NCBI GenBank assembly: GCA_050290185.1 | Contig: JBNKHE010000009.1 | Span: forward strand, 96,001-160,000 | Length of the DNA: 64,000 nt | From: Pontiella sp. | Lineage (GTDB): Bacteria > Verrucomicrobiota > Kiritimatiellia > Kiritimatiellales > Pontiellaceae | Direction of reading: 5' to 3' | Part shown: positions 49,801 through 57,134 of the stretch, one piece after another | Numbering within the stretch: the stretch's first letter is position 1 | How the letters are laid out: every line of letters begins with the position of its first letter | Made by a program: the position numbers and the translations under genes | The notes under the pieces: generated by a model | What the model saw: only the letters and a program-made list of their open reading frames with translations | What the model was told of the DNA's origin: nothing | Databases searched by the model: none

Positions 49801-50892
49801 GCCGTCGCCGTCCACGTCGCCCAGACTCACACCATAGTCCCAGGAGTTTCCCAGGTTTTGGCCGCTGTCGGAAAAGTTGCCGCTTCCGTCATTCAGCCAG
49901 ACCCGGCTGGCCTGACCGTTGTTCGACACGAAAGCATCGAGGTCGCCGTCGCCATCCACATCGCCCAAGCTCACGCCATAGCTGCTGTTATTGCCCAGGC
50001 TTTGGCCGTTGCCGGAAAAGTTTCCGCTGCCGTCATTCAGCCACACCCGGTTTCCTATACCATAGCCCGTCGCAAAGGCATCAAGGTCGCCGTCGCCGTC
50101 CAGATCGCCCAGATCCACACCAAAGCAGGTATCATTTCCCAGTCTGTTGCCGCTATCGGAAAAGTTTCCGTTGCCGTCATTCAGCCAGACGACCTCCGGT
50201 CCACTTCCGGTCGCCACAAAGGCATCGAGGTCGCCGTCGCCGTCTACGTCACCCAGGCTTACGCCATAGCTGTCGTAGCTGCCCAGACTTTGGCCGCTAT
50301 CGGAAAAGGTTCCGCTGCCGTTGTTCAGCCAGACCCGATCCCCCTGACCGATGTTCGCCACGAAGGCATCGAGATCACCGTCGCCATCCACATCGCCCAG
50401 GCTCACGCCTTGGCTCGAGTAGCTTCCCAGGCTGTTGCCGCTGTCCCGGAAGTTGCCAGTGCCGCCCGGCACCCCGATCGCAAACTGGAAGGTATACGGA
50501 TTATCGAGCGCGTTGGTCGCCACGCTTTGCAGGTTGGTTGTCAAGGTCACGGATACCACTTCGCCCACATTGAAGTCGTTGGTCGGGTCAAAGCTGATGA
50601 CATTGCCGGCGACTCCATAACTGCCGGCGATCCGGCCGGAGAATGAGCCCATCACGCTGATCGTGTTCGAAACCACTGATCCGGCTTCCAGGCCTTCGCT
50701 GAAGCTCACTTCAATGCTGGAGTTGGCGAGTGCAGCAATGGCGTTCGCATCGGGGTTGAGGTTGGTGACAGTCAGGATGGTGTCGGCCCAGCTGGCCGAT
50801 CCCGCGACGAGTGCCGAGGCCAGAACAAGCCGCGCGCGGGACAGGAGTGTGCAAATCAAGGATTGAGACAAGGATCTTGTTGTGTTTTTCAT
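43855..50892 (-). CDS. 2345-aa secreted protein with three 7-repeat FG-GAP/VCBS blocks, Ig-like and cadherin-like spacers, TSP3-like acidic repeats and a C-terminal FYR domain
   Basis: 21 GD(V/L)DGDGDLDAF..N...RVWLN repeats in three blocks of seven; cadherin motifs VAEN...FDYETKTNYSIRV; C-terminus DSDGDGLPDEWE...FYRIGV. Confidence 0.88.
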   Translation of the reverse strand: MKNTTRSLSQSLICTLLSRARLVLASALVAGSASWADTILTVTNLNPDANAIAALANSSIEVSFSEGLEAGSVVSNTISVMGSFSGRIAGSYGVAGNVISFDPTNDFNVGEVVSVTLTTNLQSVATNALDNPYTFQFAIGVPGGTGNFRDSGNSLGSYSSQGVSLGDVDGDGDLDAFVANIGQGDRVWLNNGSGTFSDSGQSLGSYDSYGVSLGDVDGDGDLDAFVATGSGPEVVWLNDGNGNFSDSGNRLGNDTCFGVDLGDLDGDGDLDAFATGYGIGNRVWLNDGSGNFSGNGQSLGNNSSYGVSLGDVDGDGDLDAFVSNNGQASRVWLNDGSGNFSDSGQNLGNSWDYGVSLGDVDGDGDLDAFAAVYGQGNQIWLNNGSGSFSDSGQNLGSYNSFAVNLGDVDGDGDLDAFVINGSQANRAWLNNGSGTFTDSGQNLGSAKSRCAGLGDVDGDGDLDAFVANYTQANRVWLNNSLPTDVNLSSGSVAENQAIGTVVGTFSTTDADSGDTPTYSLVAGTGSDDNGSFTINGDQLKTAASFDYETKTNYSIRVQTADGHGGTYEEAFTVTITDVDEIPPTLTGFIRNTPATSPVNADTLVFDITFNEPVTNVDAAAFTITGTTATGVLAGSGTAYTLTVSGGDLSSLNGTVGLNLNSEQNITDLAGNALPAGEPSTDETYQLDNTVPTLTAFARNTPATNPTDADSLVFDITFDEPVVNVDASDFTITGTTATGVLAGSGTAYTLTVSGGDLADLTGTAGLNLAAGQNITDTVGNALPAGEPATDETYTLDNTAPTVTSIVRADADPTWSTSVVFTVMFSEPVSDIEPGDFALALTGSASGTIESVSAASGSSVTVTVNGVSPYGTLGLNFDPSALDSVLDALGHPATADFTGETYTVTAHPVVTSHVPDNNALDVATGSTVAVTFNVDMAQSSFDDGSTFNVNGSLSGKIQGMFSGDGTPTITYQPTNGFRPGETVSVVLTTGLQSSLGADPVAPYAFEFVVGAPSGSGLFAATTNSLGSSQSVSANLGDLDGDGDLDAFVANAAQGNRVWLNDGHGSFADHGQALGTYNSYGASLGDVDGDGDLDAFVANYSQPNRVWLNDGNGTFSDSGQSLGSSYSMTVRLGDLDGDGDLDAFVANQGQGNKVWLNDGNGNFSDSGQSLGSTYSQDVRLGDVDGDGDLDVFVANYNGEANRVWLNDGNGTFSDSGQALGTSGSYAVSLGDLDGDGDLDAFVANYSQPNRVWLNNGSGSFTDSGQSLGGNTSVGVNLADVDGDGDLDAFVANYGQANRIWLNDGSGSFSLSANSLGNSISYGAGLGDLDDDGDIDAFVANYGQANRVWLNNYSPTSLTLSTNSVAENEATGTVVGTFSTADTDANDTHTYSLVAGTGSGGNASFTIDGDQLKTAASFDYETQTNYSIRVQTDDGHSGTYQKVFTVSVTDVDDTPPTLISITRKTPSTNPTAANTLVFDITFDEPVVYVDMEDFTITGTTATGVLAGSGTAYTITLSGGDLADFDGTVGLDLTDGQYILDAAGNPLPDSEPATDETYEVDNTPPMLIAFARNTPAESLTAADTLVFDITFNEPVKYVDPTDYTITGTTATGIQSGSGASYTLTLSGGDLAALNGTVGLDLNAGAGITDLAGNVLQVSGEPATDETYTLDNTAPTVTSIVRADANPTWSTSVVFTVTFSEPVTDIETGDFALALTGSASGTIDDVSSASGSSVSVTVNGVSPGGTLGLDFSHDALDSVLDAAGNPAATDFTGETYTVVAQPVVTAHVPDSNALGVATGSTIAVTFNMNMAQSPFDDDSTFNVNGSLSGRFFGMFSGDGTPTITFHPYNGFKPGETVNVVLTKDLYSSDGAPMPAPYAFQFRVGALGGSGSFADSGNSLGSAQSQDVSLGDLDGDGDLDAFVANFDQPSRVWLNDGSGTFTSSSQSLGYAPSVGVCLGDLDSDGDLDAFVAAFAQRNRIWLNDGNGNFADSGQDLGSYNSNDVSLGDVDGDGDLDAFVANFAEPNRVWLNDGNGNFSDSGQSLGSSYSMTVSLGDVDGDGDLDAFEANHGAQANRVWLNDGNGNFADSGQSLGSSSSVDVNLGDVDGDGDLDAFVANNQANRVWLNDGNGNFADSGNTLGTSDSYNVKLGDLDGDGDLDAITANRDQANRVWLNDGSGSFSDNGQSLGSSESRGVSLGDLDGDGDIDAFVANYNQANRIWLNADTPVDSDGDGLPDEWELRYFLDPTNAVAGADSDLDGQSNFEEYMAGMDPTNSTSFFATSLSITNPAGFVVSWTAVTGRTYSVYWNNDLTNGFPSATVSNLVYPQNSWTDTVHAAETKSFYRIGVQLSE

Positions 50893-51245
50893 TTGTTATT
50901 CTCCATTCATAAAATTGACGCATGGGCGAAAATTTCAGCCAATTCGTAATTTGGGGCAAGCCCGTCTAAACGCGCGATAGCGTGTATCTGCGCGCTGCAG
51001 AAAAGCGCTGCCGTGGTCACGCGGAGCACGGAATTCATTTGTTCATTTCAAGGTTGTGATGATTCCCCTTGTAGGTTGAATTAAGCACGATCGATCTTTA
51101 ATAAATCACCTATTCCAAGGTAAGTCAATTGATCACATTTGTGCAGTTTCAACCTTGCTGTCATTTGCAAGAAGGCAGGAGCACAGGAAATGCACATGAT
51201 TTAGAGATCTATGGCGTAGCCGTTCCGCTGCTTGTTTTTAGACAC

Positions 51246-51265
51246 CTTAATCTTCGCTTAAGGTT
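51246..51265 (+). promoter_or_regulatory. Direct-repeat box, copy 3
   Basis: CTTAATCTTCGCTTAAGGTT-cgccgtgc-TAGCTT; CTTAAGGTTCGCCGTGCTAG is identical to copy 1. Confidence 0.8.
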
Positions 51266-51311
51266 CGCCGTGCTAGCTTCCGTGCATGGTGAATGGAAAA
51301 AGGAGTCGAAA

Positions 51312-54300
51312 ATGAAAAAGGGTTTGGTTTTTCTTTGCTCGCTGCTGGCGACAAGTCATGTGTTTGCACAACTCTCAATTACGGCGGTGAGTCCTGATCA
51401 GGCGGATCCGGGCACGACGGGTTTGATGGTGACGTTCACGTTGCCGAACTCTACGCCGCCGACTCCTCCAGTCGAAATCAGTCCGGACAGTGTGATGATC
51501 GGTTCGCTGGTTGGAAAATCCGTTAACCGGCCCAGCCTGGATACAGTAACGGCGGTTTTTGATATTCCGGCGGGCGAGGCCGTGGGCGCGAAGGATTGCA
51601 CCGTTACGTTCACCACACCGATGGGTACGACCGTGTTTACGAAAACCGGCGGGTTTACGGTCGGAGCCGCGGCGGTCGATGTCTACACCAACGGGCCGCC
51701 GGCATCGGGCTACAACCTGTTCAGCCCGCTGACATCGACCAACACCTATCTGATGGATAACGACGACAACATCGTGAAGACGTGGTCGAGCAGCTACAAC
51801 CCCGGCCAGTCGGTCTATCTGCTCGACGACGGCTCGCTGCTGCGCCCGGCCAACACGGGCAGCACGAATTTTAACACGGGTGGTTGCGCCGGACGCGTGG
51901 AGCAGTACGACTGGGTCGGCAATCTGACCTGGGCCTATGATTACGACACGACGGAGCATCGCTCGCATCACGATGTCCGGATGTTGCCCAACGGCCATGT
52001 CCTGATGATTGCCTGGGAGAAAAAGACGGAGACCGAGGCGGTAAACCTCGGGCGCAATCCGAGCCTGCTGAACGACGGCGAGCTGTGGCCCGATTCCATC
52101 ATCGAGGTGGCACCGACCGGCAGCTACGGCGGGACGATTGTCTGGGAATGGCATGCGTGGGATCATCTGATCCAGGATTACTTTCCACTTGCCGCAAACT
52201 ATGGCGTGGTGGCCGACCATCCCGAGTTGATTGATCTGAACTATGGATCCGGCAACAGTGCGGACTGGCTGCATATCAATTCCATCGACTACAACGCGGA
52301 ACGCGACCAGATTCTGCTCAGTGTTCACAACTTCAGTGAAATCTGGGTGATCGACCACAGCACCACGACAGCCGAAGCCGCCGGTTCCGCGGGCGATCTG
52401 CTCTATCGCTGGGGTAATCCGGCGGCCTATGATTCCGGCACGTCCACCGACCAGCAGCTTTTTGCGCAGCACAACGCCCACTGGATTGGCGACGGATTGC
52501 CGGGTGCGGGCGATATCCTGATCTTCAACAACGGGCAGAACCGTCCCGGCGGCGATTATTCCTCCGTCGACGAAATCGTTCCGCCGGTGGCGCCCGACGG
52601 TAGCTACACGAATGGTCTGCCGCTGGCTCCGGTCTGGACTTATACGAATTCCGTGGCCACCAATTTTTATGCGGATCATATCTCCGGAGCGCAGCGTCTG
52701 AAAAATGGCAACACCCTGATCTGTGAAGGAACCGAGGGCTATGTGTTTGAGGTGACTTCCGACGGTGGACTTGTCTGGGATTATACGGATAACGGCAACC
52801 TGTTCCGCTTCGAACGCTATGCGCCCGACTTTGCCGGGTTCGACAACACCGAGCTGGCGCTGCCGACGGTACCGTATGCGGTGGTGGACACGCACCAAAC
52901 CACGTTCTTCGATACGTCCAGCGAAATCACCGAACCCGCCACCAACGACGTATTGCATGGGCAGGATGCCGGCCATGCCGGCAACCAGCCATGCTACGAA
53001 ATCAGCCCCGACGGTCTGACGGTCTACGACTATAACACCGGCCTGACCTGGACGCGTTCGCCGGATTGGAACGCAGACGGTACGATTGACATCAACGATA
53101 AGATGACCCAGTCCGAGGCCTCAACGTATGTCGACACGGTCAATGCAGCGAGCTTTGGCGGCCATAGCGATTGGCGTCTGCCAACCATCAAGGAGATGTA
53201 TTCCCTGATGGACTTCCGCGGAACGGATCCGATGAGCGACGATACTTCCACGCTCGTTCCGTTCATCGATTCCGACTATTTTGAATTTGCCTGGGGCGAC
53301 ACCAATGCCGGCGAGCGCACGATCGATTCGCAGGTGGCGACCTCCACGCTCAACCAGGATCCGGTCATGGGCGGCGGAATTCAAACCATGCCAGGCCTGA
53401 ACATTGTAGACGGCCGCATCAAAGGCTATCCGATCACCAAGGACTTCCTGGTCTACTATTGTCGCGGCAACACGAGCTATGGAGTCAACGATTTTGAAGA
53501 CAATGGCGACGGCACCGTCACCGACCATGCGACCGGCCTGATGTGGCAGCAGAACGACAGCGGAGCCGGAATGCTTTGGGCCGACGCGTTGGATTACGCG
53601 CAGGCGATGAACGCCTCCAACTATCTGGGCCATAGCGACTGGCGACTGCCCAATGCCAAGGAGCTCCATTCCATTCTAGACTACAATCTGGAGCCGACGA
53701 CCGACGGCTCGGCATCGATTGACCCAATCTTCACCTGCACCACGATCACCAACGAAGGCGGAGCGGTCGATTGGCCGTGGTATTTCACCGGCACCACCCA
53801 CATCCAGCAGGATGGCGGGGCATCGCACGCCGTGTATGTCTGCTTCGGACGGGCGATGGGATATTTCAATAGTGTCTGGGAAGACGTCCACGGCTCCGGC
53901 GCCCAGCGCAGCGAACTGAAGACCTACGACACCGCGGGCTACACCTACATCCCCGACGGCTGGTACTTCACCACGTCCCCGCAGGGCGATGCCGCGCGCT
54001 GGTACAACTATGTCCGCCTTGTGCGCGACGCCGAGCTGACGGCGGTGGACACCACACCGGTCGTTGGCATCACAACCACGAATCAGACCGTGGCGTATGC
54101 CGTGACGGAGTTCTCGATCAGTGGAACGAATAATGAATGGGTCGTTGGAAGTCTCGTTTGGAGCAATGAATTGACGGCAGCCAACGGAACGGTGGCGGTT
54201 TCGGGAACCAACTTCTCGATTGCATCCATTGCACTCGATACGGGCACGAACCGTATTGCCGTTACCGGCACCAATTCGCTGGGGATTGCGGCGAGCGATT

Positions 54301-56162
54301 CGGTGTCCATCGTGCGTGAATCGACTCCGGCCTATGCCAGTGTGATCTATGTGAATGCGAGTACACCGGCTGCTCCCGGCGCACAGGACGGAACAGCCTG
54401 GGCGACCGCATTCGAGGATCTGCAGGATGCGCTGGCCGTCGCGACCACGCAGGAAATCTGGGTGGCGGCCGGTGTTTACTATCCCGACGAAGCGGCGGCG
54501 GGCTTTGCAATGGTGACCAACGATTCCTCAGCCACCTTCACGTTGATCGATGGGATCTCCCTTTACGGCGGATTTGCGGGGGATGAAACCAATCTGTCGC
54601 AGCGGGATCCCGGGACACATTCCACGATTCTCAGCGGCGATATTGATCAGAATGATGCGGACGAGGGACTGGACATTCTGGAGTCGTATACCGGCATCGC
54701 AGGCACCAACAGCCTGCATGTCATCACGGTCGCCGAAGGAGTAGAATCGCTGGTGCTCGATGGGTTTATTGTAACGGCAGGTGACGCCGGCGGAACGGAT
54801 GCGGAAGGAAAAGGGGCGGGCCTGTATGCCGCCGGCGGTACGTTTGAAATCCGTCAAATGGGGTTCTATGGAAACGCGGCCTACGAAAAAGGGGCGGGCC
54901 TGTTTGCTGATTCGGCGGATCTGGTGGTCTCAAACTGCACCTTTGCCGGAAACGGATCCTACCGTGGCGGGGGCATGCTGCTCAGCGGCGGTACATCCGA
55001 AGTCGTTTCCTGTACGTTCTCTGGAAACGCCGTTGTTATGGGGTTTAAGGGCGGCCATGAGCAGGGAGCAGGTATGATGATAGAAAACGGAGCCAGCGGA
55101 ACGGTCAGGGCCTGCTCGATCATAAACAATTCGGCCGATGATGACGGTGCCGGCTTATGCATCGACGCATCAGATATCACGGTTCAGGATTGCACGTTCA
55201 GAGGAAATGAAGCGACCTTCAACGGAGGTGCGGTTCTGGTGAATGCAGCGGAAGTCATCTTCATCAATCCGCTGATGACCGGCAACAAAGGCAATAATGG
55301 AGGGGCACTTCATGCGCGGAATTCGGGCTCGAAGGTGACACTGGTCAACGCATCGCTGTCAGGAAATCAGGCAAGGAGTCTGGGTGGTGCCATATTCAAC
55401 AACAACACCTCTTCGGTAACGATCGAAAACAGCATTATTTGGAACAACCAGAGTGACGGCGAAATCGCAACGAATACGGCTTCCGTGGTCAATCTAAATA
55501 GCAGCACCACTACGGTATACCATTGCCTGATTGCCAACTCGGGCGGGAGTATAAACTGGGATGCCGGAATCGGGATCGACGGCGGAAATAATCTGGATGA
55601 AGATCCGCAATTCCTCGCCGGCATCAATCCTGCCACTGCACCGAATGAAAACGGTACGTTTAGCCTCTCGTATACATCGCCGGCCATTAACGCCGGAAGC
55701 AACGCGTTGGTTAACGTTTCGACCGATCTCGACGGCAACGCCCGCATCTACGACAGCATCGTCGACATGGGGTGCTACGAAGCAACCGACGACGGCTCGG
55801 ACGCCGACGGCGACTCCCTGACCGACTACGCCGAAGGCGTGCACTATGGCTCCGATCCCGCTCTGGCCGACACTGATGGCGACGGTTCGGACGATGGCGA
55901 CGAAGCCTTCATCGGCTCCGATCTAACGGATGAAGGTTCTGTATTTTTGATTTCTATTCAGAATACAGGAGCCGATGAACTGACTCTCAGCTGGCCGACG
56001 TTCAAGTCCGGGCTTTTTTACGAGGTGTATGCGACGACAAATCTTGTTTCAGGCGAATGGGAATACGTGGGAGCCACCAGCGCCAGCAACCTCACACGCA
56101 CTGTCACCAACAACGTGATCTTCTGCCGGGTCGAGGTGATCGACGGCTCCGAAATGTTTTAA
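51312..56162 (+). CDS. Large secreted multidomain protein: arylsulfotransferase-like propeller, two DUF1566 (Lcl)-like domains, Ig spacer, beta-helix/choice-of-anchor-Q-like region, TSP3-like repeats and C-terminal domain
   Basis: HHD..LPNG, DWLHINSIDY, LYRWGNP, QHNAHW; twice D..TGL.W...DWRLP..KE; SPAINAG..DLDGNARI...VDMGCYE; start MKKGL after AGGAG. Confidence 0.8.
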   Translation: MKKGLVFLCSLLATSHVFAQLSITAVSPDQADPGTTGLMVTFTLPNSTPPTPPVEISPDSVMIGSLVGKSVNRPSLDTVTAVFDIPAGEAVGAKDCTVTFTTPMGTTVFTKTGGFTVGAAAVDVYTNGPPASGYNLFSPLTSTNTYLMDNDDNIVKTWSSSYNPGQSVYLLDDGSLLRPANTGSTNFNTGGCAGRVEQYDWVGNLTWAYDYDTTEHRSHHDVRMLPNGHVLMIAWEKKTETEAVNLGRNPSLLNDGELWPDSIIEVAPTGSYGGTIVWEWHAWDHLIQDYFPLAANYGVVADHPELIDLNYGSGNSADWLHINSIDYNAERDQILLSVHNFSEIWVIDHSTTTAEAAGSAGDLLYRWGNPAAYDSGTSTDQQLFAQHNAHWIGDGLPGAGDILIFNNGQNRPGGDYSSVDEIVPPVAPDGSYTNGLPLAPVWTYTNSVATNFYADHISGAQRLKNGNTLICEGTEGYVFEVTSDGGLVWDYTDNGNLFRFERYAPDFAGFDNTELALPTVPYAVVDTHQTTFFDTSSEITEPATNDVLHGQDAGHAGNQPCYEISPDGLTVYDYNTGLTWTRSPDWNADGTIDINDKMTQSEASTYVDTVNAASFGGHSDWRLPTIKEMYSLMDFRGTDPMSDDTSTLVPFIDSDYFEFAWGDTNAGERTIDSQVATSTLNQDPVMGGGIQTMPGLNIVDGRIKGYPITKDFLVYYCRGNTSYGVNDFEDNGDGTVTDHATGLMWQQNDSGAGMLWADALDYAQAMNASNYLGHSDWRLPNAKELHSILDYNLEPTTDGSASIDPIFTCTTITNEGGAVDWPWYFTGTTHIQQDGGASHAVYVCFGRAMGYFNSVWEDVHGSGAQRSELKTYDTAGYTYIPDGWYFTTSPQGDAARWYNYVRLVRDAELTAVDTTPVVGITTTNQTVAYAVTEFSISGTNNEWVVGSLVWSNELTAANGTVAVSGTNFSIASIALDTGTNRIAVTGTNSLGIAASDSVSIVRESTPAYASVIYVNASTPAAPGAQDGTAWATAFEDLQDALAVATTQEIWVAAGVYYPDEAAAGFAMVTNDSSATFTLIDGISLYGGFAGDETNLSQRDPGTHSTILSGDIDQNDADEGLDILESYTGIAGTNSLHVITVAEGVESLVLDGFIVTAGDAGGTDAEGKGAGLYAAGGTFEIRQMGFYGNAAYEKGAGLFADSADLVVSNCTFAGNGSYRGGGMLLSGGTSEVVSCTFSGNAVVMGFKGGHEQGAGMMIENGASGTVRACSIINNSADDDGAGLCIDASDITVQDCTFRGNEATFNGGAVLVNAAEVIFINPLMTGNKGNNGGALHARNSGSKVTLVNASLSGNQARSLGGAIFNNNTSSVTIENSIIWNNQSDGEIATNTASVVNLNSSTTTVYHCLIANSGGSINWDAGIGIDGGNNLDEDPQFLAGINPATAPNENGTFSLSYTSPAINAGSNALVNVSTDLDGNARIYDSIVDMGCYEATDDGSDADGDSLTDYAEGVHYGSDPALADTDGDGSDDGDEAFIGSDLTDEGSVFLISIQNTGADELTLSWPTFKSGLFYEVYATTNLVSGEWEYVGATSASNLTRTVTNNVIFCRVEVIDGSEMF

Positions 56163-56181
56163 CCGGCGGACATTTGCGATG

Positions 56182-56221
56182 ACCACTTCTGTGGGAAAGG
56201 CTCCGCAGGAGTGGTGGTTTT
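56182..56221 (+). terminator. Probable intrinsic terminator
   Basis: accacttctgtgg ... ccgcaggagtggt stem (with G-U pairs) followed by ggtttt. Confidence 0.5.
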
Positions 56222-56236
56222 CGTGCGCTCTTCATC

Positions 56237-56256
56237 CTTAATCCCAACTTAAGGTT
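56237..56256 (+). promoter_or_regulatory. Direct-repeat box, copy 4
   Basis: CTTAATCCCAACTTAAGGTT-N8-TAGGGT. Confidence 0.8.
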
Positions 56257-56301
56257 GCAGAGGTTAGGGTGGCTGAAATTTAAAACAAAAGGAGACACTG
56301 C

Positions 56302-57024
56302 GTGAAAACAAAATTGAAATCAGCAGGTAGACGCGGGTTGTCGTCGGGAGCGAAAATCGTTGTTCTGGGTTGTGTATTGGCCGCGTCATCGTCACGCGCA
56401 TCACTTATTTCGCAAACGAGTACGCCGCTGGATGAATCCATTCTCGTTTCCGGGGCATTTTCGGATCCGCTGGCGGATGCACAGACCGTTGACGTGCTGT
56501 TCAACGACTATGCGTTTACGTTCGATCAGTTTGATCCGTCCCTCGGAACGCTGACCGATATCCGCATTTCCTACTATTTCAGCTATACGGCGTCGGCCAC
56601 GGCAAATTCCCAACCCAATGAGGCGGACAAATATCTATCTCTTTCGTTGCACTATAATGTTCAGTTCGAGGGGCCGGGAGGTTCTTTCGATGGTGATGGT
56701 AACGGGAGCAGCATAGGTTCCGGTACCGCCGGAGAAAGTCTGACGACTTCGGCAACGATCTCCGAGAATGATGCGTCTGTCTTCTATGATCCAATCTTTA
56801 CGGATGTTCAAGGAACGGGAACCTATAATGTATCTGTGGCATTCATGGATGCCGATCAGAACGCCACCGTTCACGGTTACTTTACGGATTATGAGATCAA
56901 GCGCGACGCGGGCGCTTACTTTCAGATTGATTATGAATACGAGGCCGTGCCGGAGCCGGCGGCTATTGCGCTCATATCCATGGCGGGTTGCGGGATGCTG
57001 GTCGCCAGACGCTTCATGATTTGA
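56302..57024 (+). CDS. PEP-CTERM protein with a choice-of-anchor-E-like domain
   Basis: Signal peptide, FDQFDPSLGTL, C-terminal YEYEAVPEPAAIALI followed by TM and RR; RBS AAGGAG. Confidence 0.82.
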   Translation: MKTKLKSAGRRGLSSGAKIVVLGCVLAASSSRASLISQTSTPLDESILVSGAFSDPLADAQTVDVLFNDYAFTFDQFDPSLGTLTDIRISYYFSYTASATANSQPNEADKYLSLSLHYNVQFEGPGGSFDGDGNGSSIGSGTAGESLTTSATISENDASVFYDPIFTDVQGTGTYNVSVAFMDADQNATVHGYFTDYEIKRDAGAYFQIDYEYEAVPEPAAIALISMAGCGMLVARRFMI

Positions 57025-57071
57025 ATTCCCGGCACTGCATAATGCATTTTTTCGCCACGCATTCCTCTTCG

Positions 57072-57091
57072 CTTAATCCTGGCTTAAGGTT
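57072..57091 (+). promoter_or_regulatory. Direct-repeat box, copy 5
   Basis: CTTAATCCTGGCTTAAGGTT-N8-CAAGGT; one mismatch from copy 2. Confidence 0.8.
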
Positions 57092-57134
57092 GCGTGTGGC
57101 AAGGTGCCCGCAATTCGACGAAGGAGTATGGATT

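Noticed and set aside
43855..50500. Regularly spaced ~130-nt DNA repeats that could be mistaken for a CRISPR array or a diversity-generating cassette
   Set aside because: They are in-frame FG-GAP coding repeats with synonymous variation; no cas or reverse transcriptase gene is in the window
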